Source of the DNA: Centroscyllium fabricii
Taxonomy: Eukaryota
NCBI GenBank assembly: GCA_051313645.2
Contig: JBNRSN020000003.1
Location: 359,910,001-359,974,000 of the forward strand
Direction: 5' to 3'
DNA length: 64,000 nt
Of the stretch, positions 1 through 11,700 are shown piece by piece. How positions within the stretch are numbered: position 1 is the first letter of the stretch; each line of letters starts with the position of its first letter. The notes under the pieces were generated by a model, which searched no databases, was not told the DNA's origin, and saw only the letters and a list, made by a program, of their open reading frames with translations. Position numbers and translations under genes: made by a program.

Positions 1-590
1 AGCTCCCTGTTTATCCAGTGTTGGAATATTTTGAGTTTCCTCTACTCTAAAGACTGATACAAAATATTTGTTCAGCGTTTTTGCCATCTCCATGTCCCCT
101 ACCATTAATATCCCGGTCTCATCCTCTAAGGGACCAACATTTACTTTAGCCACCCCTTTTCTTTTTATATAACTATAGAAACTCTTGCTATCTGTTTTTA
201 TATTTTTTGCTAATTTACTTTCATAATCTATCTTCCCCTTCTTAATCAATCTTTTTGTTATTTTTTGTTGCCTTTCAAGAGCTTCCCAATCTTCTATCTT
301 CTCACTAGATTTGGCTACCTTATATAACCTTGTTTTTAGTCGGATACTCTACTTTATTACTTTACTTAGCCACGGATGGCTGTTTTTTTTTACACCTTTT
401 TTTCTTCAGTGGAATATATTTTTCTTGAAAGTTGTAAAATAACTCCTTGAATACACACCACTCAGCATGTACCGTCTTACCCTTTAATCTGTTTCCCCAG
501 ACCACCTTAATCAATTCCGCTCTCATATCATCATAGTCTCCTTTATTTAAGCTCAGTACGCTTGTTTGAGATCCAACTCTCTCACCTTCA
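1..590 (-). mobile_element. CR1-clade LINE ORF2 fragment (EN-RT linker), running off the window start
   Basis: Minus-strand translation gives CR1-type motifs (KTDSKSFYSYIKRK..AKVNVGPLEDETG, LNKYFVSVF), similar to the CR1 segment at 15600-15900. Right boundary approximate. Confidence 0.75.
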
Positions 591-798
591 TCTCTTCAAT
601 CAATTGCTAGGATGTTGGAGTGGCTCTGATGTAGCCTCCTCCTTTCTTATTTTTTTTTAAGTTGATACATGCTGCTTACTATAACTTTGAAGAAAAGCAC
701 CTCCTGAATTACTCTTCCATGTGGATGTCATGTGGGCCATGCCAGAGTGACCATTACCCATTGCCTCTTTCTCTATGCTCACATTCACCTAACTATTC

Positions 799-1078
799 TG
801 ACGTATCGTCAATATCTCAGAGTAAAAGACTCAACGAGTAGTTACCGTAACTAGAGGCTTTTAATCAATTACTTAGGAGCTACCCTCCGAACGAACATCT
901 GAGCAGGAATGAGGGAGCCTCAGTCAGTCTCCACCTATAAAAGCCTCACCTGGGGGAAGAGTTAGAGGTGTGGCTGACCTGGCTCCCGACAGTGTTACAG
1001 GGCTGTGTATCACACATACACAGCCAATTATTGGCAACAAGAATACAGTGGTACAACATAACATTATGGGTTACCACA
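799..1078 (-). repeat. 3' LTR of Gypsy A
   Basis: Direct repeat of 5446-5725, with PPT adjacent. Confidence 0.95.
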
Positions 1079-4000
1079 TTCACCCCTTCTTGAAAATTTT
1101 AAGTCCGGGGGAAGTGAATGGACCGAGCAGTTCAATATCAGCCTATCCGGTGGTCGTGCCAGCCTGGAGGACCGCCGGAGTTCCGGTGATGATCCTTCAT
1201 AGTCCGTGCTGCTCGAGTCCGCTGGTGGTGACAGTTGCCCTGGTGCCATGGTTTCGGGTGGTGATGGTCTCAGCTGGTCCGAGCTATCGGAGGGGTGGTC
1301 CTGGGTTGGCCAATGCTGGGGCTCTGGAAACCTCGGAGGCCATTGTAGGTGTAGGGGGTGTTCTGGATACTGTGTCTGAGTGGCCTGCTGGCCGACCAGG
1401 GGCTCTGCGGTGCATCCTGCGGGCGCCAGGTCCCTGATAGATACGGTGTCCTCACGCCCGTCCGGGAACTGCACGAATGCGTATTGCGGGTTCGCATGCA
1501 GGAGCTGCACCTTGTCCACCAGGGGGTCGGTCTTGTGGCCACGGACGTGTCTTCTAAGGAAGACCGGCCCCGGTGTCGTGAGCCATGGAGGAAGAGCTGT
1601 CCCTGAAGTCGACTTCCTTGGAAAAGCAAAAATCAAATCATGAGGGGTTGCGTTAGTGGCCGTACATAGGAGAGAGCATATAGAATGCAGCGTGTCTGGG
1701 AGGACTGCCTGCCAATGGGCCACTGGAAGGCCTCTGGACTTCAGAGCCAGGGTGACCGCCTTCCAGATGATCCCATTCTCCCTTTCTACCAGGCCGTTCC
1801 CCCGGGGGTTGTAACTGGTCGTTCTGCTCGTGGCAACCCCTTTCTGGAGCAGAAACTGACGCAGTACATCGCTCATGAACGATGACCCCCGGTCGCTATG
1901 GATGTAGCTGGGGAGACCGAAGATGGCGAACAGCGTGGTGAAGTGTTTTATCACCGTTGCGCTCGTCATATCTGCACAGGGAAAAGCGAAGGGGAAGCGG
2001 GAGAACTCATCTACGACCGTGAGGAAGTATGAGTTGCAGTCGGTGGTGGGGAGGGGGCCTTTGAATTCCAAGCTGAGACGTTCAAAGGGGCGGGTGGCCT
2101 TGATGAGGTGCACCGTGTCTGGCCGGAAAAATTGGGGTTTGCACTCGGCGCAAACAGGGGACTCTCGGGTCATAGCCTTGATCTCCATGATGGAGTAGGG
2201 GAGGCTACGGGATCTGACGAAGTGGGCGAGTCTGGTGACACCCGGGTGGCAGAGGCGGTCGTGGAGGTCCTTCAGCCGGTCCAGCTGGGCACTGGCGCAT
2301 GTTCCCCTGGACAGTGCGTCCGGGGGTTCATTGAGTTTCCCTGGTCGGTAAAGAATGTCATACTCGTAAGTCGGGAGTTCGATCCGCCACCGCAGGATCT
2401 TATCATTCTTGATCTTACCCTTCTGTTTATTAGTAAACATAAATGTCACCGACCGTTGGTCGGTGAGAAGGGTAAAACGCTTACCGGCCAGGTAATGACG
2501 CCAGTAGCGCACGGCCTCCACGATGGCCTGGGCCTCCTTTTCCACTGCTGAGTGCCGAGTTTCGGGTCCCTGTAGGGTGCGGGAGAAAAACGCTACGGGC
2601 CTGCCTGCCTGATTCAGGGTGGCAGCAAGGGCGAAGTCCGAAGCGTCGCTCTCCACCTGGAAGGGAATGGATTCATCAACAGCGAGCATGGTCGCCTTGA
2701 TGATGTCTTCCTTTATCCGGGCGAATGCCGTTTGGGCTTCTACCGAAAGGGGGAAAACGGCAGCCTTGAGGAGTGGTCTAGCCTTGTCCGCGAACTGTGG
2801 GACCCATTGTGCGTAATAGGAGAAAAATCCTAGGCATCTCCTCAAGGCTTTAGGGTTGTGAGGTAGGGGCAGTTCTTGAAGGGGTCGCATACGCTGTGGG
2901 TCGGGGCCGAGGACCCCGTTCTCCACCACGTATCCGAGGATGGCAAGCCGGTCTGTATTAAAGACACATTTGTCTTTGTTATACGTGAGGTCCAGCTTAT
3001 CCGCCGTGTCGAGAAATTTGGCCAGATTGGCATCGTGGTCCTGCTGGTCGTGGCCGCAGATGGTCACGTTGTCCAGGTAGGGGAAGGTGGCCTGCAACTC
3101 GTTCTGGTCAACCATATGGTCCATCTCCCGCTGGAACACTGACAATCCGTTGGTCACGCCAAAGGGGACCCGGAGGAAGTGGTAGAGCCGACCATTCGCC
3201 TCGAAGGCGGTGTAGGGGCGGTCGGCTTTCCGGATCGGGAGTTGGTAATACGCTGACTTAAGGTCGATCGTGGAGAACACCTTATACTGGGCGATCTGAT
3301 TGACCATTTCCGAGATGTGGGGAAGGGGGTAGGCGTCGAGCCCGGTGTAGCGGTTGATGGTCTGGCTGTAATCGATCACCAGCCGTTGTTTCTCGCCAGA
3401 CTTTACCACTACAACCTGGGCGCACCAGGGGCTGGTGCTGGCTTCAATTATCCCCTCCTTCAGCATACGCCCGACCTCCGACCTGATAAACGTGCGATCC
3501 CCCACACTGTACCGCCGACTCTTGGTAGCAATAGGTTTGCACTTGGGGTCGAGGTTGGCGAACAGTGAGGGGGGGGTCGATTTTCAGGGTGGAGAGGCTG
3601 CAGCCCGGCTCCGCTTTGGGAAGGGACTGTCCCGGCTACTGACGGTGAGGGGGGGCAAGGTCCCGCCGAACTCCATTGTCACGCTCTTGAGGTGGCACTG
3701 GAAATCCATACCTAGTAAGGCTGGGGCACACAACTGCTGGAGGGTGTACAATTTAAAATTACGGTACACGCACCCCTTGACTGTGAGCGTGACGGAGCAG
3801 TAGCCGGTGACGTCCGCGGTGTGGGACTTTGAAGCAAGGGAGACTTGGTAGTTTGTGGGCAGGATCTGCAGTCCGCAGCGCAGCACTGTATCGGGGTGCA
3901 CAAAGCTCTCCGTGCTTCCAGTGTCAAATAGGCAATTAGTAGTATGTCCGTTTATTTTGATGGGCATTATTGAGTTAGACAGGGTGTGTGGCCTGTCCTG

Positions 4001-5419
4001 GTCCACAATGGGTATGGCTGAAGCCGACGTGTGCTTTTGTGTGTGTGTGTCCCCTGCTGGTTGGGGCTGCACACAAAATGGCGGCGCCCCTGGCTCGCAC
4101 ATGGTGGGGCCCTGGAGACAAAATGGCGGCGCCCCTGGCTCGCACATGGTGGGGCCCTAGAGACAAAATGGCGGCGCCGAGGGGTCGCACATGGCGGGCC
4201 ACTGGGGACCAGATGGCGGCGCTGGGGGGTCGCACATGGTGGGCCACTGGGGGCGAGATGGCGGCGCCCGTGGTTCGCATGCGGCTGACCGCTGTAAGCG
4301 CGCTGGCGGCACCCATGTTTCGCACGCAGCGGGCCGCGGTGACTGGGTTGGCGGCGCCTGTGGTTCGCACACAGCGGGCCGTGGTGGCTGGGTTGGCGGT
4401 GCCCGTGGTTCGCACGCAGCGAGCCGCGGTGGTCGGGTTGGCGGTGCCCGTGATTCGCACGCAGCCGGCCGCATTGGGTCTGCTGCTGGCGTTGGGGGGT
4501 CGCGCTTGGCCGGCCTTTGCCGCCTCGGGGTGGGAGATGGGGGCGCTTTCCTTCTACCCCCGGACCGTCGCTGGATCGCGCTGCTATTGCAGCTTACCTG
4601 AGGTCTGTCGGAGCTTTCACAGGCTGCGCTGTTGTACCTGGAGTTGGGCGCTGTTGGTGCTGATCTGCAAGCCTTTGCGTAATATCCCTTCTTGGCCCAC
4701 CTCTCACAGGTCGCGGTCCTTGCTGGGCATCTCGCTCTCGGGTGCAGTCCCTGGCTGCAGAAGTAGCAGCGTTTGTCTTTTGTGGCTGTCGCAGCCATCG
4801 TGGGGGTCTCGACCTGTTGTGGTGCTGCCCAGGCCTGGGTCCATTGTGGCGCGGCCCACATGCCGTAGGCCTGCGGGTTTGTGCCGCTGTACGTGTGTAG
4901 TTTGTTGCGTGCTCCTTCCCTGGAGTTAGCTATAGCAATCGCGTCTTCGAGAGACAAGGTGGCTTTTTCGAGCAGCCGCTGGCGGGCTTCCACGCACCTT
5001 AGGCCAGTTACATACGCGTCTCGGACGAGGGGGTTCGCCTCCTCTTCTGCTGTCCGGGCTTGGCAGCCACAGACCCGTACCAGGGCCTGGAGCGCTTGCT
5101 CAATTTGTTCATTAGTCTCACCCGGTAGTTGTGGTCTGGTCGCGAGCACATGTCTGGCGTAGACCGAATGGACCGGGCGCTCGTCGCATTTCCTCAGCTT
5201 TTCCACTGCCCCTGGGTAGGTTTTGGCGTCTCGGATGAGGGAGAATACTCGGCTGGAGATCCTGGACCGGAGAACCTGTAGCTTGTTCCCGTCGGTTGTA
5301 GCCTTGGCGGCGTCCATATAGGCCTCCAGGAGACCGAACCAGTGTTCGAACGTGGTGGCGGCGGCAGGGTCCTGTGGACTGATATCCAGCTTTTCTGGCT
5401 TTACTGCACCGCTCTCCAT
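1064..5419 (-). pseudogene. Gypsy A gag-pol (CCHC-like knuckle, protease LFDTGS, RT YLDN, RNase H, integrase), disrupted
   Basis: ORFs 4157-5419 (gag), 3584-4147 (protease) and 1064-3505 (RT-RH-IN) are collinear with the single ORF of Gypsy B. There is a premature TAG at about 4157 and a frameshift near 3580. Confidence 0.93.
4060..4480. repeat. 42-45 bp tandem repeats in the Gypsy A gag-protease linker
   Basis: About 9 units such as AAAATGGCGGCGCCCCTGGCTCGCACATGGTGGGGCCC, translating to repeated CEPxAPP peptides. Confidence 0.9.
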
Positions 5420-5445
5420 TTTAAAAAACTTTAAGTGATTAAAAT

Positions 5446-5725
5446 TGACGTATCGTCAATATCTCAGACTAAAAGACTCAACGAGTAGTTACCGTAACTA
5501 TAGGCTTTTAATCACTTACTTAGGATCTACCCTCCGAATGAACATCTGAGCAGGAATGAGGGAGCCTCAGTCAGTCTCCACCTATAAAGGCCTCACCTGG
5601 GGGAGGAGTTAGAGGTGTGGCTGACCTGGCTCCCGACAGTGTTACAGGACTGTGTATCACACATACACAGCCAATTATTGGCAACAAGAATACAGTGGTA
5701 CAACATAACATTATGGGTTACCACA
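5446..5725 (-). repeat. 5' LTR of Gypsy A
   Basis: Direct repeat of 799-1078; gag ATG lies 27 nt further on, at 5419. Confidence 0.95.
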
Positions 5726-6108
5726 TATTCCACTATGCAGCCCTCACACTCCCTCTCACTCTGATGCTATGAAAACAACTGACAACACGCAGGTAGGGCC
5801 CTTGGTCTTGCCACCACACTCCATCTTTGTCTCTCTCTAAGTATCTGTGCTATGCAATCTCTACACTCACTCCTTCATTCTCACTCAAACTCCACTTGTC
5901 TCCCTCATTGCAGGAAAAGAGAGCTCACAATAACCGTGAAAGAGCCAGGACCAGAGAAGGCCTACCCTCAATAGCTGACCTCACCCCTTGGGAGGAAGCA
6001 GTGATGGAAATTACCGGGGATGATGTTGCTCTGGAAGTTGGGCCAGGAGAGACAGGTGAATCCCTGCAAGCTGGTGACAGAATAGTTTCCATCTCTCGCA
6101 TTGATAAT

Positions 6109-6935
6109 GGGCCAGAAATTCGGGTACCTAAAGCAGATGCCCTCGGCGATGCCCTCGAAAAATGCCCTCGGATCCGAGATGCCCACGGATCCAAAACTTC
6201 CGATGCTGAGGGAAAAGGGCCCTCAGCATGATGCCCTGGAATGAGTTGCACCCAAAACTTCGGGTTCAAAAAACGTCAAAAACGGTCATTTTTTTCAGTG
6301 ATTCTGAGGGCAATGGAGCCCTCAGATGCCCTTGAAAAAAGCTGGAGTAACTCGGTGGTGAGGTAGAGAGAAACGTTTTTAAACAAGGTAAGGTAATTTT
6401 TTTACTTTAATTTTTTAAAAAATTCAGTTTTTTGGAGTAGTGTGGCCAGATCGGTACCGTTAAATTTTTAAGTTAAAGGTTTTTAAAAAATTTAAGAAAT
6501 CCAATTTAATGTTAATTTACCTGGTTGAAATCGCTAATTTTTAAAGTTACATTTGTGAAATTTTTAAGTGTTTAGCTAATTTTAATTTTTTATAAAAAAT
6601 GGAGAAACAATGGCTGTTTCTTACCTGCCTGTGAGCTGCTGCTGTGCCGCCGCGCTGCTCCCCGCGATTTTGTTCTGCAGCTCACGACTTACCTGCTCTC
6701 ACTAAGGTCTGACTCGGGATCTCTTCATTTAAATTAGGGATCTGGTGGGCGTGTTTTATTTAAATTAGCCCTCAAGCAAGCAGAAATGTTGCCCTCCAAA
6801 ACTGGCTAAGGAGAAACGATGCCCTGGAAAACAGTAATCGGTATCCGAAGTTTCAGGGGCAAAAACGGGACGTCTCCCGTGGGCAAGGTAACTGCAACGA
6901 TGCCCTCGAAACGGGTCAAGCCGAATTTCTGGCCC
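6109..6935. mobile_element. Non-autonomous Harbinger-type MITE
   Basis: 15-bp TIR GGGCCAGAAATTCGG / CCGAATTTCTGGCCC, flanks AAT/ATT, and repeated subterminal GATGCCC motifs. Confidence 0.85.
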
Positions 6936-7026
6936 ATTGCATGAGTCACTGATAATGATTCTGAAGCTACATTATATGGACTTATGATCATCTGCAAAAT
7001 GCAATGTGCATGTGATCTTGGCATCA

Positions 7027-7438
7027 CATAGAAACATAGAAAACATAGAAGATAGGAGCAGGAGTAGGCCATTCGGCCCTTCGAGCCTGCTCCGTCATTC
7101 AATGAGATCATGGCTGATCATCCAAACCCAGCACCCCATCCCTGCCTTGTCCCCATATCCCTCGATCCCTATCGAGTCTGCACTGACACATATCCCACGC
7201 TATCCCCGTAACCCCAAATATTCAATCCCCCTAACACTAAGCGTCAATTTATCATGGCCAATCAACCTAACCCGCACATCTTTGGACTGTGGGAGGAAAC
7301 CGGAGCACCCGGAGGAAACCCACGCAGACACGGGGAGAATGTGCAAACTCCACACAGATAGTACCCGAGGCTGGATTTGAACCCGGGTCTTCAATGCTGT
7401 GAGGCAACAGTGCAAACAACTGTGCCACCGTGCCGCCC
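7027..7438 (-). mobile_element. Full-length tRNA-derived V-SINE (HE1-like) with CR1-type tail
   Basis: On minus: tRNA-like head with B-box GGTTCAAATCC, V-domain (GTGGGTTTCCTCCGGGTGCTCCGGTTTCCTCCC), and a 3' tail shared with the CR1 at 26930-27044 ending in (TTCTATGT)n. Confidence 0.92.
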
Positions 7439-7584
7439 ATCTCTAACTCTTTCCTTTACTCCGCCACAGGACCATCAAGAGCCCCCATCCCCACTCTGGA
7501 GGAGGAAGAGGCTGAGCAGCCAGACTCCGCAGAGGAAGCTCCAACCTCTGAGGGCGCAGCATCAGCAGAATTAACCACACCCAA

Positions 7585-7862
7585 TGTGGTAACCCTGTAT
7601 TTACCACTTGTGTATATAATGATTGTACCAGTAAGGACCTTACTGCATTGCTGTATATATCTGTACATACCTGTATATACCTGGCTGCAGGAACTGCCCC
7701 GCCTCTAACTCCTCCCCTCAGGTCGGAGTACATATGTGGCTGCTCACCATCCCCCATCATTTACCGTCCTGAGCTCAGCCAAAGACCAGCTCTGTTCTAT
7801 AGTTAATAAAAGCCGTTAGTTGAGGTAACTATTCGTCTTTGAGTCTTATTGACGATACATCA
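7585..7862 (+). mobile_element. Solo LTR (Gypsy, same group as A/B/C)
   Basis: TGTGGTAACC...GATACATCA, 278 bp, contains TAGTTAATAAAAGCC. Near-perfect 5-bp TSD CCCAA/CCCAG. Interrupts the Harbinger Myb frame. Confidence 0.88.
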
Positions 7863-8773
7863 CCCAGCACCAGTGCAGATACTCAAATCTCGGTGGGACC
7901 TTTGGGACATAGATTAGTGTTGTCACAGCTCACAAGTGAGCCTCAGCAGATTGTGGGGACAGGGACAGCAGTGGAGAGTCCTAGTCGGAGGGCGCAGGAC
8001 TCTGCCAGCTCAGCTCAGCTGCATGTTGACCCTCAGCCTCTGGGTCCATCCGTTAGATCAGAGGTGATGGTACTCCAGGAACAGATGCAGGAGTCTCTGG
8101 CAGGTTTTGTCTCCAGGGTCACTGCGAGTGTGGAGCGAATGGAGGAGTCCATTGCGAACATGAGCAGAGCCTTTGTGGAGTCAGTGGCGCATGAACGCAT
8201 CACCACGGAAAGGATGGCTTCCTATGTGGAAATGATTGCTGACTCTGTGGTAAGGCTGGCTACCACAGAGGAGAGGATGGTTGCGGTAGAGGAGAGGAGG
8301 GCTACGGTCATGGAGGAGGTTAGTTGCCAGGGTATGGAAAACATGGTGAGTGTTCAGAATATAATGACATTTCTTGAGGCACGATGGGTGTGACCTGAAA
8401 TAACGTCCTCGGAGGCGAGTAGTTAGTTAGAAACAATAAGGCTTTTATTCACTACACTGGAACATGCACCAGTTAGTCGACTGTCCCCAGGAATGCTTGG
8501 GGGATGGGAGCAGTCACTTATCTACCTCCTCCAGGGAGGGAGGAGTTATGGGCGGAGCCAACCTGGGCATGTCCCAGTCATCACAGCATAGTACAGGCAT
8601 AGTACAGGTATTTACATGGTTACATCTTAATACATAATAACTACTATATACAGTGATAAACAGTTTATCACATTCACCCCTTCTTTAAAACGAAAGTCCG
8701 GCGGGGTGAATGGCCAGTGAGTGGGAAAAAGAAGAAAGAAAAAATTTTAATAAACGAGAAAAGTTCTTTTCAG

Positions 8774-11700
8774 CTATAGATTAAGTCTTGCTGGCAGTTT
8801 TGATGTCCGCGTCGATCTTCGCACCGCTGGAGGTGCCTGTGGTGTTGGTGGTCGAGGCGTGGCTGGCCGTGTCGGTTGCTGTAGCGGTGTCGGTGCCGGT
8901 TGATGAGCAGTAATGCTACTTCTGGGTGGCGGTGGTGCCCTTATTCTGACAGCAGGGGGCGCGTTCTCTCCTTCGTCCTCTGACTCTAGGGGGCGCGCGC
9001 TGTGGATCCAAGCTTGGGGCCAGGTCGTGCTGCTCGCAGGTGCCATGCGGACGTACTGGGGTACTGGGCCCACGTGTCGGGGAGCGTACTTTGGCTTCGG
9101 CGGCATGGGGAGCGTCACAGGACGTTTTGGGCGCGCGGGCTGCTGGGCGGGGCTTCTTGGAAGTGCGGGCTGCCGGGCGGGGCTGGGTTTGGGGACTCCT
9201 GCTGGGGCTAGATCCTTTATGGACATGGTGTCCTCCCTCCCATCGGGGTACGCTATGTACATGTACTGGGGATTGGCGTGCAGGAGGTGGACCCGTTCGA
9301 CTAGGGGATCTGCCTTGTGTCCCCTCACATGCTTCCGAAGCAGGACCGGTCCCGGGGATAGTAGCCACGATGGTAGCGAGGTCCCGGAAGCTGACTTCCT
9401 TGGGAAGGCAAAAAGTCTTTCGTGAGGGGTGGCATTAGTGGCAGTACACAGGAGGGACCGAATAGAGTGGAGCGCTTCAGGGAGGACGTTCTGCCATCGG
9501 GTGACTGGGAGGCCTTTAGACCATAGGGCTAACTGGACGGCTTTCCAGACCGTGGCGTTCTCCCTCTCTACCTGCCCGTTCCCCCGGGGATTGTAGCTGG
9601 TAGTCCTGCTAGTCGCGATGCCTTTCGCTAGCAGAAACTGACGCAGCTCGTCACTCATAAAAGAGGCCCCCCGGTCACTATGGATATAGTTGGGGTACCC
9701 GAACAGGGAGAAGATGCTATTAAGGGCTTTGATGACGGTGGCGGAGGTCATGTCCTGGCAGGGAATAGCGAAGGGGAAGCGGGAGTACTCATCGATTATG
9801 TTGAGGAAGTACACATTCCTATTAGATGAGGGAAGGGGCCCTTTAAAATCGACACTGAGTCGTTCAAAGGGGCGGGTGGCCTTAATCAAGTGCGCCCGGT
9901 CGGGCCGGTAGAAGTGCGGCTTGCACTCCGCGCAGACCTGGTAATTGCTGGTCAGGGTCTTGACCTCCTCGATGGAGTAGGGGAGGTTGCGGGACTTCAC
10001 AAAGTGAACCAACCTGGTGACCCCCGGGTGGCAGAGGTCATTGTGAAGGGTTTGGAGACGGTCAGCCTGTGCGCTGGCACAGGTACCGAGGGATAGGGCA
10101 TCTGGGGGTTCGTTAAATATCCCGGGCCTGTACAAGATATCATAATTGAACGCAGAGAGTTCAATTCTCCACCTTAATATCTTGTCGTTCTTTATTTTAC
10201 CCCGTTCCTTGTTGTTAAACATGAATGCGACTGATCGTTGGTCAGTCAGTAGGGTAAAATGTTTGCCGGCCAGGTAGTGCTTCCAATGCCGCACTGCTTC
10301 AACAATGGCCTGGGCCTCCTTCTCGACTGAGGAGTGACGGGTTTCGGGGCCTTGGAGGGTATGTGAAAAGAAGGCCACGGGTCTGCCCGCCTGGTTAAGG
10401 GTGGCGGCCAGGGCAAAGTCAGATGCATCACTTTCCACTTGGAATGGGACAGACTCATCCACAGCGTGCATCGTGGCTTTGGCAATATCGTTTTTTATTC
10501 TGCAGAATGCCGAGTTGGCTTCTGCAGAAAGGGGAAAAGAGGTCGATTTAAGTAGTGGGCGAGCTTTGTCCGCATAGTTAGGGACCCACTGGGCATAGTA
10601 GGCGAAAAATCCCAAACACTGTTTAAGGGCTTTGGGGGAGTGGGGGAGGGGAAGCTCCATGAGGGGGCGCATGCGGTCCGGGTCTGGACCGATGACTCCA
10701 TTCTCCACCACGCTGCCGAGGATGGCCAGACGGCCGGTGCTAAATACACATTTCTCTTTATTGTACGTTAGGTTCAGGGTTTTGGCAGTGTGGAGGAATT
10801 TTTGGAGGTTGGCGTCATGGTCCTGCTGATCATGGCCGCAGATGGTCACATTGTCAAGGTACGGGAAAGTGGCTCGCAGCCCGTACCGATCAACCATTCG
10901 GTCCATCTCCCTTTGGAAGACCGAGACCCCATTCGTGACGCCAAACGGAACCCTAAGGAAGTGGTAGAGGCGACCGTCAGCCTCAAAGGCTGTATAAAGA
11001 CGGTCCTCTGGGCGGATGGGAAGCTGGTGATAAGCCGATTTGAGATCAATCGTGGAGTACACTTTAAATTGGGCGATTTGGTTCACCATGTCCGCTATCC
11101 GGGGGAGAGGGTAGGCATCTAGTTGGGTGAAGCGGTTTATGGTCTGACTATAGTCCACCACCATCCTGTTCTTCTCCCCGATTTTTACTACTACTACCTG
11201 CGCTCTCCAGGGGCTATTACTGGCCTCTATGACCCCCTCTTTTAGGAGACGCTGTACCTCGGATTTTATAAATGCCATGTCCCCAGCACTGTAGCGCCTA
11301 CTTTTGGTGGCGACGGGCTTGCAGTCTGGGGTGAGGTTGGCGAAGAGGGATGGAGGGGCAACCTTAAGGTTCGAGAGGCCACAGGTAGTGTGCTGGGGGT
11401 ACCGCATTGGGCTGCGGTTTCTGACCGTGAGTGAGGGAAGGGTTCCGCCGAATGCCATCGTAACGCTCTGGAGGTGGCACTGGAAATCCAGTCCCAGGAG
11501 TAGGGGGGCGCAGTGCTGCGGCAGCACGTAAAAGCTAAAATCGTTAAACCTTGCCCCCTGGACATTAAGTGTTACAACGCAGCGCCCGGTGACGTCAGCA
11601 GATTCCGACTTGGACGCCATAGATATTCTCTGGCGCGCAGGGATTACTCTAAGGGAGAGGCGCTTTACAGTGTTAGGGTTTATGAAACTTACTGTGCTTC

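Larger units (their letters stand above)
799..5725 (-). mobile_element. Full-length Ty3/Gypsy LTR retrotransposon A (degenerate)
   Basis: 280-bp TG...CA LTRs at 799-1078 and 5446-5725 with about 8 mismatches by eye. 5-bp TSD TATTC (794-798, 5726-5730). PPT (AAGAAGGGGGTGAA on minus) next to 1078. Gag-PR-RT-RH-IN order. Confidence 0.97.

Noticed and set aside
4140-4165. Programmed stop read-through between gag and protease in Gypsy A
   Set aside because: The neighbouring repeat unit has CAG at the same position, and Gypsy B has a single ORF, so the TAG is most simply a point mutation.
3988-4929. 313-aa antisense ORF in Gypsy A (and other antisense ORFs over pol genes)
   Set aside because: GC-rich, repeat-driven shadow frames with no recognisable domain.
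7839-8393. Stand-alone coiled-coil protein gene
   Set aside because: It is the middle of the Harbinger A Myb-gene exon, bounded by two LTR insertions.
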